Below, piece by piece: positions 36,584 to 50,769 of a stretch of DNA of 64,000 nt. This DNA comes from Podarcis gaigeae (Eukaryota). A program made the translations under genes and the position numbers. Below the pieces are notes generated by a model. That model worked only from the letters and a program-made list of their open reading frames with translations. It did no database searches and was not told the DNA's origin. The DNA is taken from NCBI GenBank assembly GCA_964106915.2, contig OZ066927.1. One strand, 5' to 3'. Position 1 is the first letter of the stretch. Each line of letters starts with the position of its first letter.

Positions 36584-39500
36584 AGTGGCTTCTATACAAG
36601 CTATCAAAGCAGTTTACAATCAAATGAACATTTAACAATGAAATATTTAAATATTTAAAGCCCTTAATATATTTGTATTTATTTATTTATTATCTATTAA
36701 ATTTGTTAGTCACTTTATCTTGCCCAAACCAACTTACAACCAAGCATATCCAATTGCTTTGAAAAAATGCACAAACCCAGCATGACAGAATAGCCTGCTT
36801 ATAATTAATACTACAACTCAGTACCCAGGATCCTAAATTAACCCCCAAAGCCCAAAGTAAATAAATAAGTCTATAGATAAGCATAGATATGCATAGGGGC
36901 TAAAATAAAAACAAAAACATGTCCACTAACTTTTTTTAAATGCAGAAAATATGTCGTTGTCATCAATGATAAACATTTCTAATAGGCAAGAAACTGCAAT
37001 ATTTGGGTAAACTTGCTCTACTCAGAAATGTAAGGGATTGATTCAGGCTTATCACCCACCTTCCTTAGTGATGGCAGTTCCACAGGACGAATCTCACCCC
37101 TTTTTCATCACCAGAAAAACACACCTTCCTGCTCTGTTATTATTCCCATCAGCTCCTGTTTCCTTTTCCTTTCCACTCAGTTGTTCTACCTTGCAATTTC
37201 CTGCATTTCCCAGCTTGTGCCACAACTTTAGCATTAGTTAAGCTGAGTCCCCCCCCCCAACTTAATTAGATATAGAGGCAATTAATGATGCCATCTGTCT
37301 TGTTGTGAGAGAGAGAGATTACACCAAAGATTGTGCTTCTGGAAGCATTATTTTTTTGGCAAACTAGAAATCCTATTAGACTTGTTCGAACACTCTCACA
37401 CTAATTTCCCAGTTCCCATTTTAGATCAGTAGCTCAAAGGCTCAAATAAATTCTCTGGAACTTACTGTACACTTAGGCATCCTTCCGGAGTTGTACTTTA
37501 CAGAAAATAACCAATGATCTATGCTTGTTTTGCTAAATCTAAAAATTAAATATATCATTAAACATCTGTTGCCAGTACAGTCAAAGAGTAGTTAAATATC
37601 TTAAAATCACCAAAAAAAAAACCTGTCATAGTGATATGAATCTTTTGCATAAACGCAGCTGTTTAGGCAACAGAAAGTGGCCAGATTTTTACTGGCTGCT
37701 CACAACTTTGAAATAAGAAAAAAAAATGGGTACCTGACATTTGGGCATAGGTGACAAATACCTGCATCTGTCTGGCTTGATTGTGCAAGCAGTTGCTTGG
37801 GGAGGCAATATTATTAGGTGCCACCAGTGAATCAGCCATTGGCTGGATTCAGGAGGACCCCTCAGGCATTTATGTGCTTCCTTAGCCAGCGAAGAGTGAA
37901 GGAGGTGGGCAGACTGAGAGGTCACCCCAGAGTCCGGGTGGCTCATGCAAGCAAGCCAAGCCACATGGAAAATAATCTTTACAACCTTCACCACCCAATG
38001 CTCAGTGGCATACAGCTTCATTATTTCCTGGAGCAATGCTGCCTAGGAACTGCTTCCTTTTACCTTCTTGGTGGGCTGCAGCAACTGCCCTACCCTGCCA
38101 TCCTCCGGAGGTGGTCAAGAACCAGCCATATGAGGCTTGAAAGCTGCACCATCAGTTCAGGTGCAAGAGACCCCGGGCTTTGCATATCAGGTGCAAAGCA
38201 GCTGCTTAGGGTCTCACAATGTCTTGAAATGGCCCTGATTTGCAAATGGAGTGGTTAGAAAGAGAACAGGGGCCAATGATAAAGACCGAAGTGGCATCAT
38301 GGAAATTTGGATCAAATGGAATTGAAGGGTTTTTAGTACACCAGTTGCAAAGTTGCTGAAATAAGACACACATACACTCTTACTTTTTTTGCCTGCTTTC
38401 CACATTACTTTGAGCAGTGTGCTGTTGCTTGCCTGCCACCAAACCACTCAGGATAGGATGTCTATCCACTTGGCTGGGATGAATCCACTTAAGGGAGCCT
38501 AGAAATTGGGACTGTATTCCACATGAATTGACCCTTGGCCCAGACTGAATGTGTGCACAGTAAAGTAGTTCTGTATCTGGGTTCGATGTGGGTTTCTGGG
38601 CCATAGTTTGCTGGTTGTCAGCAATATGCAGGTAGTAGCACATTCCCAGGTCAAGTTCTAGAAACATTGGGCAAAGATCAGAAGGCAGGTACATTCCCAA
38701 AGGTTCCAAGTGAAAGCAAGATGATCCAAAGCAAGTCTTGTCCAAAAACATACAAAGGCAGTCTCTTCTTCTCCAATATGATGGATTGATTAGAAGGCTG
38801 GGGCTTTGTAGGGCCTAATGGACAGGAAATGGTTCTTGTGGTCTAGATGACACTTCTGCAGTACCGAGCTTAGCCTGCGAGGCTTTTGGTGAAACAAAAC
38901 ACTGGCAATGTAGGAGGAAAGGCATTTGAGCCTGACTGATGAGACCCAGCCATCACCTGTCATGGGTTGGCTGAGACAGGATAAGGAGGACAGCCCATGA
39001 TACCACCTGACATGAGTGATTCTGATATATTATGCAGTTGGTGCTGAAACATACTATGGGGGCATGTGAAAAGGTAATCAGGTCTCTTGGTGGCTTCATC
39101 TTGTAGCCTTTAGGTTCTAAACACGTGCTAATCTCATGGTTGATCTTGTTGCTGCTTCTGTGTAAATTGAGGCCTATGGGTTGTATTCAATGTTAGTTCT
39201 ACTCAGAGTACCTTAGTAATTTTAGTGGGCCTACTCTAAGTAGAACTTAGAGGTCAACATTCATATGTTTGCAGGAAGCAAGCCATGTGTGTCTGGGTCT
39301 TCTGATAAGCTACGTATGCCCCAGGAGTCTCTGAAGAGCAACAAAACCTGTTCATCTCCAGCATTGTTCAATGATGGACCATATTCGAAGCATACATTTA
39401 ATATCCATTTTACTCAAGGAACCACACCATAGGCACTGGGCATTTCCTGAGGATTAACTGACCAGCTGTAAGAGTTATTATGGCCTAGATCAATGTGTTG

Positions 39501-39934
39501 TGTGTTCTCCTTTCTAGCAGTTAAAATCCGTTCTATTGATTTGTTAGAGCCCAAGGCTTGTGCTGTTCATACATCAGGTAGAGAGCTGACTGGTTAATTT
39601 TCTTAGGTTTTGAGGAGAATTCAACTGTTGCAAAATTCATATTCAGATATAAAATGTGTCTTGTCTCAAATGCGTGTACTTGAGAAATTCCTCAAATACT
39701 GATGAGAAAAGATTCTGGAATTTAGCCTCTAGGCTCCTGCCTAGAGCAGGAGCACACCTACTTTGCAGTGGATGCCCAGGTGGGGTAAAAGTAAGAGAAC
39801 CCGCTTTGCTGCCAGTTTCTTCCTGCTGGACTGAGTGCGTATCCAGATTTCAAAAGGGAAGGAGATTATGGGCAGGTTACAAAACAATAGTGGCACTTCA
39901 CTTGAAATACAGTGCAGAAAACATGTTGCTGCTT

Positions 39935-40680
39935 GATTGCTGTGGTCACATTGATAGCCTTTCGATTAAACTGCTGTAATGTGCTGTACACGGAGCTACC
40001 CTTATGCCTGGTTCAGAAACTGCAGCTAGTACAAAATGCTGTTACTAGGTTGATTAGTGGGACATCCACCTGTACATATATTGCACTGATGTTGAAAGAT
40101 CTGCACTAGCTGTCAGCTGCTGAGCCAAGTTCAAGGTTTTGTTGTTGACATTTAAAGGCCTAAACTAGGGATGCAGAACCTCGGACCTGAGGGCCAAATC
40201 CTGCCTTCCAGGTCTCACCATCTCGCCTTTGAGATTCTCCCCAGGCCACATGCCTCACTGAAGGATAGGGAGGGGTGTGTGGAAGTGTCCTTGGAACCAG
40301 CCTAGTACACAAAGGTAAAATGCATATTCATTGCTCTTCCCAATTTTGCCTCTGACCCTGCCCTGGTTGCGGTCCTTGGGAGGTTCTCTAGAAGAGAATG
40401 TGGCCCTCAGGCTGCAAAAAGGCTCCCCAGAAACAACTGGGGACCGGGATAACTAGCAGCCTCTCCCCCACCCCACACCCCGATACAGATCAAACCCACC
40501 GTTTAGATCTTCCCAGGAGACCCTGTTGGTTTATAGCATGGCCGGTGGATTATCACTTTATGATAATATGGAAGTGTGCCTTCCTATTGAAAGCACCCAC
40601 CCTCTGGAGTGCCCTCCCTCGGGGAATTTGCGAGGAAGGGACAGCAGCCTCTTTTTAAAAATGTACTTTGCCAAGCTTTC
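39935..40680 (+). mobile_element. Degraded L2 fragment interrupted by a hAT-like element (about 40166-40430)
   Basis: RLNCCNVLYTELPLCLVQKLQLVQNAVTRLI...LKDLH, and later KAPTLWSALP. The insert begins tagggatgcagaacct. Confidence 0.65.
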
Positions 40681-43424
40681 CTGGACTCTTGGTTCTTAAC
40701 TGTTATTATTTTTTTGGTTTGGTACAGTTCATGGTTTTGTTTGTAAGGCACAGCTGTGCTTTGCTTTCATCTCATTTTTAGGAAATTTTATTGAACATCA
40801 TGATATTTTAGAGCAAACTGCTTATAAATGTTCATTGAAGTGCTATGATTTTCTTTCAATAAATGGAAAGACAATTCATCCCTTGTTTGTTTGGTGGTCA
40901 TGGAAAGGAAAGGCTAGTTTGCAGAAAGCCAAAGGGGGCTTTGAGAAAATGCATAGGAAAACGTCTTATTGAAAGAAAACACTTTATTGGTCTGCCAGGT
41001 CAATATGGGCAAAAATAAAGAGGAGCCTGAGAGCTCTTGGTTGGCACACAGCAGTTCCCCTCCCTTCCGGGACTTTTCCTTTTATTACAGTAGGGGGAGC
41101 CACGCCCTATGCATCTGTCCCTTCTGCACACAGGATGCTGACCCCTCCATTGTAGTGAATGGGAGAGCCCTTGTGTATTGGAGCTCTGTGAGCTCCCTGG
41201 TGCGCATGTGAGGCTCTCTCCATCCACCTCTGTGTGCTTACAGCTCTTTTATTTATGCCCTGTGCTTTAAGCTGATTTCCCAAACAAATTATCTATGATT
41301 ATTTAGCTGAGAAAAAATGGCTATCCACGAAGTTTAATCTGCACTAAGTTAATAATACCTATTTGAATCTGTTATTCCATTGATTAAAAGCTAGGAGGGG
41401 AAATGCCTTTTAACTGGTTTAGCAAACGGTCCTAGAAATTACCCAAATAACCTATTGACTGGGATAATGTAATCAACTCAGAGGAGCTGGTGAATATGCA
41501 GCTCTCCCCTCCCCCACCCCACATCATCGTAATGATTGAAGGGACTCAAAAGTTTTGAGGCACTGAACAAAACTGACCCTAAAGCAAAAGCAAGCAAATC
41601 AAAATCTTAAGTGAAAGCAGCCCAGAAAACAGAACGGAGGTCTTGTTACGAGGGAGGCAAATGCCCTTTAACTGCTGTTTTTGCTTGCTTGTCAAGATCT
41701 ATATTCTCGAGTCCTGGTTTTATAAGCACTTTGTTTTTCACAAGTGCTATAAAGGCAGAAGCAGGGTCTACTGAGAGACAAATGGCGTAATGGAAGTTAT
41801 TGTTGAAAACAGAACATTTTGTAAAACATATAAACCTTCATTATATACATATCTCCAGTGGGATGTAGCCTATGTCAAAGGAATGCCTCAAAATATCATA
41901 GGTGACTTTAATTATGTAATTGGAGGGGGGATGTAATAGCAAGGCCCAGACACTTTGTGGTTTAGCAACACAGAGCAATTCCTGCTGGAGCTTTCCCTGT
42001 AGTTTCCAATCTAACCCACAGAGAACTCTATTGGATGATGAGTTTCCAAGCCAATTAAGGGCAGCCGGCACAATCCTGCAGGAACCGCTCCTGTGCAGAT
42101 GCCTTCCCTTCAGCAGAGTTTGCACTGGGGCACAGCAGTGGTTCAGCAATGTGCTCTGGAATGAAAAGGTTTTCAAGAAAATATCGTTAAAATTCAGGTA
42201 TTGAATTAAAAAACCGAGTTAAGTGCCAGGATCCCAGGAGCACAGAGAAAGAGAAGGATGTGACAAGTGAGCACAGGATTTAGCTTCCCAAGAGTATCAG
42301 CTTTTGGTTTGGGGTTATTCTTGTTTTTAATGTAACACGTTTCCAGGAAACGTTTGGAAGTGTGTGAACGATGCTTGCTAAAATAGCCCATGTCTAAGGA
42401 GCAGCTGAGTCAGATTTCCAACAGTTGTAGGTCAGGCCTCTGTGTTTGGCACTGCACCTCCCCATGATGAGTAAAATTGAAACAAATTATGCAAAATGAA
42501 ACAAAATATGTGAGTTTGCTCAAGCAGAAAAAGCAGGTGTTCCTGGTGCAGAATTTGTATTTTCTGAATGCAGAATTTTAGTATGGTGCAAAACAACAAC
42601 CACCAAAAAACCACCCTCTGAAGGTCCCTCCAGATGTCCTTTTCATTGTGCATTCATGATTCTTTGTGCTTATGATGCTATCGGGACAGTTATAAGCAAT
42701 CCTGATTTCAATGGTATTTGTGCTTGCAAAAGTTATGGGGTCATCGTACTGCTTCTTTTCCAACCAGTTCATGTCCTGTAACTTTCTGCTGAAACACCAC
42801 CAAAGTTCTGGTTGTGTTTTATTGTTGTTTATTGTCCTACTGCTATTGTGCTATATATAGCCCCTCCAAACAGCAATAATGTGGTAGCATTTGGGAAGCA
42901 TTACAGATCAACTAATAAAGCAGAATAAGTTCACCACTGATGCAATACTATGGTGTCAAGAATATGGTAAAGAATACACCTGTAATAAAACACCAGTCTG
43001 GAGAGACACTGGAATTCTAGGCAGAACATGTGCAACCAACCTAGCAAAAAGCATTCTGGATTTCAGCAAGGCAGCCAGAATTTCTGGAATGCATTGTGGG
43101 GTTGTTGGAGCCACTGCAGTCACCCTCAGTTCTGCTCCTTGCTAGTTTTGGAGTAGCATTAACTCATTCCAGATGCCACCTGGGCAGTGTTTAGTCTTCA
43201 AATGAGGAAATCTGAATTGCAACCTTTCAAAAACAACTGCCAAGACGTCTAGCTTCACTGTCCTGTAGAATAGCTGCATTGATCTCCCATGTTGGAAAGT
43301 TATGAATTGCAGAGCCTGGAGATAGAACTCTATAAACACCTCGTTGAACATGAGAGGAAAAGAGTGAGCCCATATGGCTGCTGTGAAATGAAACCAAGTC
43401 ATTTTTCCTCCGCCATCCCCCCGC

Positions 43425-43545
43425 CCTCTATCTCAGAATTCTTTGAACATTGCCCTAGAAAATTGGAAAAGGGAGAAGTAGCTGATGTAATTTATTTGAA
43501 CCTTCAAGCTGCCTTTAACTAAGTCCCTCACAAGGAAACGAAAGG
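43425..43545 (+). mobile_element. Ancient CR1 RT fragment
   Basis: EFFE...LEKGEVADVIYLNLQAAFN*VPHK resembles the CR1 motif EFFE..VD.G..VD.IYLDFQKAFDKVPH. Confidence 0.6.
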
Positions 43546-45000
43546 AGTCACCGGGTGAAGGATGGAGCACTTCAGAGACAGGGAAATGGCTGAGAGACAG
43601 CAAAGAGGGAGGCTGCACAGTCAATTTTCGACATAACACGATCCAAAGCGCCGCCTTCTCAAAGGCTACGTTCTACGACACTATTAATAAGCGTCTCAGT
43701 GGAAAAGGAGGCAAATGGTCACTTGGCTGCAGTCCTCCGCCCCGATAAAAAATAAATTTGAAAATCACACTTGCCTGTGTGAAAGTCAACCTGTGTAGAC
43801 TCCATGGGCTTCTTCTGCATGTTGGGCTGGCCTTGTGAATGGTTCCAGTGCGTGGCCAGATAAGCTCACCTGTTAATGTTTTCCCAGAAGCAATGAGTCA
43901 GGGCTTGGGGGTTGTTTTTTAAGGGAGTTGGCTTTGTCATCCAAATCTATTATTTGTTTTTATTTCATATATCTGCTTTTTTACCCTGCCTTTTCAGGGC
44001 AGCTTGCATGCGCACTAACAAAACAGGGGAAGTAAGCTTACAAATTGCAAGAGAATAATGAGGAATTGTGATGGAGCAGTAGAAGCCTTTCAAGAAGAAA
44101 ACCGTATGCACGGTCAAATATTTGCCTTCTAATTTCGCAGTCACACTTCCTGCCACTGAAGAGTCAATCTGCTTTTCAACCAGCATCCCAGTTTGCCTCT
44201 TCGGCACTGGAAATACTGCAATGAAATTCAGAAGCAATCTCCACTTGCATACTGTACATCCATACCTTTTGGATGCTGGCCCCAGCCTCTTTAGTGAACC
44301 ATGCGTCTTCATCTGCGTTGTTTCAAAGCAATTTTTTCAACCTCCTCCGTACTGTCGGTTTTTGGCTGCTATGCTACATGCTTTTTAAATCGGAGGGATT
44401 CTACCTATTACCACTAGATGGCAATCAAATAAGATAACAGTCTTCAATCCTGGCTAAAATATTCAGTCCCGTTGTGAATTTTAACCATAATAAAGAAGAG
44501 AGCTCTCTTCTGAGAAACCCGACTTGCATTAATATTTTACTAATTGGCATTTTTACAGTGTCATCCAGCCACTTCTTAAAAAAAAAAAAAAGGCAGGTGT
44601 ACTCTGTATAATAATGTAGAAGTCAATATTGGAGGCAGAAAGAAACAATTAAACCGAGGGAAGAAAAGCGATAATTTAGTAACTGTTTAAGAATTTATGC
44701 TTCCTTGCCCTTCTCACGTTTTAAAGCTGAAACATTTTTATGGCAGCTGTAAAGAATGACACCATAACTGTGACTTTATTCACTCACCATGCTTTCATTT
44801 TGCGGTCTCCACACTCCACACCCAATGGCTTAGATTTTGGTTTTGCTGACAACCTGAGATCCTGCCCACCACCATGTCCTGTATTAAATAACCCCATGTG
44901 GAAATTTCAAAGTAGCCAGTTGCACCCTCATTGATTGCATACCCAAATCCCACAAGGAAGGCTGGAGAAGTAGGAGGAAGGAGGGCTGGAGGAGCATGGC

Positions 45001-45190
45001 TGGGAAGAGTGGTAGCTCAGTGGCTGAACATTTGCCTTGCATGCAGATGCTCCCAAGTTCAGTCCCCAGCAACATCTCCCTGCAAGCCTGGGAGATACTC
45101 CTGCCTGAAACCCTGGAGAGAGCTGCAAACCATACTGAGCTTGGGGGACCATTGGTCTCACTCTGTATAAGGCAGCTTCCTATGGTTCTT
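45001..45190 (+). mobile_element. Squam3-like SINE
   Basis: tagctcagtgg...ttgcatgcagatgctcccaagttcagtcccc...cctgaaaccctggagag...tataaggcagcttcctatg. Confidence 0.8.
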
Positions 45191-46596
45191 GCCTTATAAA
45201 CAGCCATGGCTGACTAGCAGAAGCATTCCCAAGCAACTGCAACAAAATTAATTGGGCTCTAGTGGTGCAGGACGCACACTGCCTAGGTCCCTTGCAGTAG
45301 TGCAGAGGTCCTGCCCACTTCTCATGACAAGCAGGGCAGCCCCTTTTTGTGGCAAAATGTCTCAACAGGCTCTGGCCTCTCTGGGAGTTGAAAACATCTG
45401 GAGTTGGCTAGCAAATGTTTGCTTCACACCATTATCATTTATTTAGCAATCCTTTGGGACTGCTCACTAGATAAGAGGAGAAACACATTGCTTGCCAAAG
45501 CAGAGAGTTTGTCAAAGGTACACAGTGAGCAGAGAGAGGCAAGCTGGTGGTCATGGGCTATAAGAGAACAGCGTAATAAGTGGTTGCCTTGGGAAGGCTT
45601 TGCAGTTTTAAGGAAGGAGCTGGCTCCTAGAAGAAGGACTAGAAGCAGAATGGATGGTGTGAGGAAGGGAAAAAGGTGGTGCCGAGGATATAATTGCGGC
45701 CCAAAGAGTCTTCAACATAAACATATTGGAGCCTGGAGTTCATAGTGGGTGTGATGGATGCCAGCACAGAGACTTAAGGAGAAGAGTGATGGGGTCGTAG
45801 CGATGGGAGAGAAATATTATTTTAGCAGAAGCACTCCGCTCAAGGCATTCCAAGATCAATATCTAGCTCCCCTCTTTGCAGGATTTCCACCTCTGCCCCC
45901 AGGAAATGAAAATATCTCCATTAACCAAGAGGCTAATAGGATTCCATTCACATCTGTTTGCCTACCTTTACAGATCTCATAACATAAGCACACCACTACC
46001 TGCATGTTGAACTAATGAAAACAATTTGGTTTTGAGAACAACAAAGTGAGCACTGAGCAGCAAGGCACTGTGGCAGTTAGCAGTTTGGGGTAATTGTGCA
46101 AGCCTGAAGCTCATAGATACAGATTTGGTTGGGAGGGTCTACCCACCCACCAGCAAAGAGAAGTCATGGGCTTGCTGACTTAGCATAATGGGACCCCATC
46201 TGCTATGCTGGACCTCTACTTTGAGATGAGATGTCAACCACTAGCAGCTGAGACTGGCGCTCTGCTACCTTTGCTATTTCTCACTATGCAGGTGGGGGGA
46301 CTGTTCCATTTATATCCATGATCTCTGTAAAAGCGCATGGTGGCAGCAGGGCTGACCTTCATTAAAATCTTAAAATCTGCAATATGTGCAAACTAAATGG
46401 ATTTGGCCCTATTTCTGCTCAGTTGGCATAGTTTATTGTGCTTCTGCTAGAGATGTAAGAATTGCCTTTCCTGGATTGGATCAGAGGCCAGCTGGATTAA
46501 CCAGAAGGTGAGGTGTGATTCAGGCAGAGGTAGACATTGCTGTAACTCCCTGCAATGATCAGAAGCTGTCTCTGAACATGCATGTTCTGTTCTTGG

Positions 46597-46778
46597 CTAG
46601 CATGGTGCAATGGTTAGTGCTGGAGACCTAGCTTCAGATCCCCAAGCAGCAAGGATGCTTCCTGTGTGACCTTGGGCCTGTCCCCAATTCTCAGCCTAGC
46701 CTACCTTGGCAGGTTGTTGTGAGGATAAAAGCAGGAAATCCTTGGAGGAAAGGCAGGATATAAATATAATTAATAAAT
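46597..46778 (+). mobile_element. MIR/CORE-like tRNA SINE
   Basis: catggtgcaatggttagtgctggagacc...gtgaccttgggc...ctcagcctagcctacctt...gttgttgtgaggataaaa...ggatataaat. Confidence 0.7.
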
Positions 46779-48989
46779 CTGCATTCCCCAGAATTGAGCT
46801 AGTGCTTTTATTTTAGCTGAAGAGTTTATCAAAGTGAAAACATAGTCAAACAGAAAACAACAAATCAGGACAATAGTCCCAACCCAGAGAGAGAAACAGG
46901 GTCACAATACAAATAGTGCTTTCAAAATGAACAGTCCAGACAAAACTATGCATTAAATAAGATTATCTTTCCAAAATTATAAATGAGCCAAGGGTGGTCG
47001 TGGGAAGGATGTATTCTTGTTAACATAGGAAATAAACAGAAGCCACACACTGAGAAAGAGGTCGCTAGATAATCTAGCTCAGTGGGTTAATTTCTCTAGA
47101 AGGGCAAAATGCCAAATCTTGCAGAATCAGTTTTGTAGACAGCAAAGGCCTGGGGAGTGCCAGTGTTGTGCAATTTCCATGTTGCAACTAATAAGAAGGC
47201 AATAAGATCCTAGACCCTGCTCTTCCCTCTATATCATTAAGAGGAACAAGTTTGGGGGAACAAACCATCTTGGAAATCTCCTCCAAATGGGCTTTAGTAC
47301 CGCCATCATATCAGTCTGGTGGCAAAGAATTCCTTAAAGCTGGAATGATTGTGGGGAAAGAAGCAAGGAATGTGGATGGGAGCCCTGCTCAGCTTCCCAC
47401 TGGCTTCTGAGATTGTCCACACATTTGAACAAAGTGGGCTGTGAACTAGGCATCACATTTGCAATGGTTGTGCAGGACGCAGGGAGTGTTGGATAAGAGC
47501 AGTTCCCCCATGGCACTAAGTGGAAATTAGAGATGCTTCATCATTAATCATTCTGCTCGTGGGGGAGAGTAGGAGGACACCCCACATTTCTGGCTTCCAA
47601 AGTGCAAGGGACAAAACGAAACAGAAATGCTTCCTTTCTTCACCGTTTCCATTTGTGAGTTCTAGAATCCAAACTGGTCTATGGGAAGCCACAGTCCACA
47701 GGCAATATTTCAGGCTTCATCACTTGTAGTCCTAGAACTGGACTAGAAAACTAAGGAGCATATCAAGAGGGAAAGGGTCTAGAAAACAGTGGCAAGCTTT
47801 GAAGAAAGGTAGCAGATTCACAAGGTGGGCGCTTATCCCCAAACATACTGTTTAAAAACGAGGGTCTGATTTATGGCTTAACTTAAAGGGGGGTTCCAAT
47901 CAAATAAATAAACAGACCCAGGTAGCTCATCTAAGCTTTTGCAGCATGCTAAGCCAGGACTAGAGAAGGCCCTTCATTTCTCCACAGAGCAAATCTGAAG
48001 GTGTGGGCAAGGGTGGAAGTAAAGAATTATAACTGGCAAATCTTCCTACTGAAATGTACCAAAGAATACTGGCCATCAGCATCCAATTTGCATTTTCCTC
48101 CATGCAGTGGGAAATATTTAAGTTGACAAATAGGATATTTAACCGCGCAACAGATACTTGGCAGTTCGTTATTAACAACTGTTACTGATGTGATTTATTT
48201 GCTGTTATAAAAAGGGCATTATTTTGTGAATATGATTCAGAAATTAGCTCCAGTTTAGCAAGAGGCCTTGACTGCCTGACCTCTTAATAGCCTTATAATG
48301 ATGCCATTTACCATTCAGTGGCTTATTCAAGTCATTGTGTGTGAGATTTGTTCCGAAGGACTGATGTTCACAGATCAGACTGGTGTGTAGATGGCTCACG
48401 GGGAACGGGGGAGAACTCTGGGGCCACATATGTTGCCAGGGCCACCTGCACTAATAGGAATTAGGAAAAGGCAGGTGTGGGGGGCTGCCCTTTCTTCAGT
48501 TCCCTTTGCAGGCCACCCCTAGCATTATTCCTCTACCATATCCCCCCCCCCCATCCAGGTAATCCTTCTTTGCCCATATAAGTGTCATTTGAATTGTGGT
48601 GGGTTTTTTTGGAGGGGGGAAGAATAGAAATTCCAGAAGATTACTTTGTCAGAAGCAGAACTTTACAGCCAGTTGGACAGTTAAGTCAAAGTACTGGTCG
48701 CTCCCTTGCCCTTACTGCCCCACACTACTATTCCCCCCGTTTCCTTGCCCAATATAACCCGCCTGGCCCAAAACACAGATAGATATTTCCTTAAAAAAGC
48801 TAGACTGCTTGCTAACATTCTGTCGCTGACAATTTCACTCTGAACAGTTGGAATACTGATGGATGTTCCATGACGTAATGATAGGCAAACTACAGCCAGT
48901 GTTTAGCCTACTTCATGGGCCCCGTTGGAATATGCATTTTGAGTGTCTCTTCTAGCTTGGGTGTCTCATGTGACATCTTTGCCCACATG

Positions 48990-50335
48990 GCTGCTCTGTG
49001 GCCCCTCCCACATTGATGCCTGGCATGCTCTGCATTTGGCCCTCTACTCTTCTTTCTGTATACATTACCACCCTGGGTAGCCTCATCACTTCTCATGGTT
49101 TTCAATGCCACCTATAAGCTCCTAGCGCTACCTCTCCATCCATATCATTTGCCATCCATCCAATCCTCCATCTCCAGTTACCTTTCTGATATGTCTGCTT
49201 GGGTGCGTCAGCATTGTCTCAAGCTCCATGTGTCCATACAAAATTTATCCCATTTTCTTCCATTTCTCCTTGTTCCCACTCCTTATCCATTAGCATCACC
49301 ATCCACCCTGTTGATCAGGATAAAGCCTTGGCTTTCTATTATCTTTCCTTGGACCCACAAATGCAATCTGTTCCCAAATCATGCCACTTCTCTCTTTACA
49401 ATGTGACAAATTACAGCCCTTTGCCGTCCGTATCCTCAGCAAAATATCTGCTCCGTACCTTCTGTAGCTCTCATCTTCATGGCTGCAAACTTTCTTCTCT
49501 CTAGGGTCTCCTATTGCCTCACCTGCTGTGGTCTCACTCACCTGTACCCAGCACTCTGCTGCCAGCTTTATTTGCCTCGTTTGTTGCTCTGAATATGTCA
49601 CATGAGAAAGGACTTTAGCTCAGTGGGCAGAGCTTCTGCTTTGCATGCAGTAGGTCCCAGGTTCAATCCCTGGTACCTACTGGTAGGGCTAATAATGTTC
49701 TCTGCCTGAGGCCATGGAGAGCCATTGTCAGTCAGTGTAGACAATAATGAGTAAGATGGACCAGTGGTCTGACTCAGTCTAAAGCAACTTCCTATGATCC
49801 TATGGCTCTTCTCCTTAAATTCCTTCACTACTTCCTGCCCAGTCCCAGATCCTGCATAAGCTTCATGGCTTACCTTCAAAACCCTCCATCAGCTTCTTCC
49901 TGCACCCCATATACCAAAATCTCTGTTCTTACATCTAGTCACATCCCTTCTTCCCATGACCTTTACTTAACCAGCTGCACCACCCAAAGCTATCCAAATG
50001 TCCCCATTCTGCTCTCTGAAATGACTCCATCCCTTCCTCCTTGCTGCTATTGATGCCTGGAATTGCCCTCCCCTCCCTCCCTCTCCTCAATGCTTACCTT
50101 TCCTAGAAATCTTTGGAGCACCCTCCTAGTAACAATATCATCATGTAACTAAGTCAAAGAACAGGCACTTGAAATCAACACATATTCTTCCCTGCTTCCA
50201 TTACCTCCCATTTCTTTTTCTTCTGTGTCTGTTTTATATTGTAAGCCCCCTGAGATAGGGATCTGTCAAACCTGTTCTTTATAAAGTGCTGTGTACATAG
50301 ATGGTGCTATATATAAATAAGTAAATAAATAAAAA
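48990..50335 (+). mobile_element. Old, degraded L2 fragment
   Basis: Pyrimidine-rich sequence with motifs such as ISSYLSDMSAWVRQHCLKL and a terminal ttgtaagccccctgag...gctatatataaataa tail. Confidence 0.6.
49604..49804 (+). mobile_element. Squam3-like SINE nested in an old L2
   Basis: tagctcagtgggcagagcttctgctttgcatgcagtaggtcccaggttcaatccctgg...gatggaccagtggtctgactcagt...cttcctatgatcctatg. Confidence 0.85.
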
Positions 50336-50769
50336 ATACTTTGGTTCCCCCCCCCAGAATAATTTGTCTCAGTTGCGTAGTCTTATCTGTCTTGCCCAGT
50401 TTCTTAAATTCTTGCTCCCTAATGTATAACTGAAATCAGATAATAACTTTAATTTTTTTCTCAGTTGCATAGTTCTGTCCGATTGTAGAACTGAGATATG
50501 GCTTGCATCCCAAAGCTGTCTCTGGGGCAAGTTAGCTTCAGAGCTCCTAAAATGCAACTGTAAATATATAGTTTTATAGTCTACCTAGCAGGATTGTAGA
50601 TGCTTTGCTGTTGCTGACTGATGCATTAGCACATCACAGTTAATGCTGAAAGACTCTTGCTGGTGGAATTGATCACATATGTGCTCACAAGCAAGTGCTT
50701 AGCTTTGCATGCATAAACAGCAGTGACACTCTGTTTCTCTATCTTTGAGTACATTTCTCCTGGGCTGTG

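Noticed and set aside
37690-39020. ORFs of 115-146 aa and LTR/LINE-like composition
   Set aside because: I could not identify convincing RT, integrase or LTR motifs. Possibly an old TE; left unannotated.
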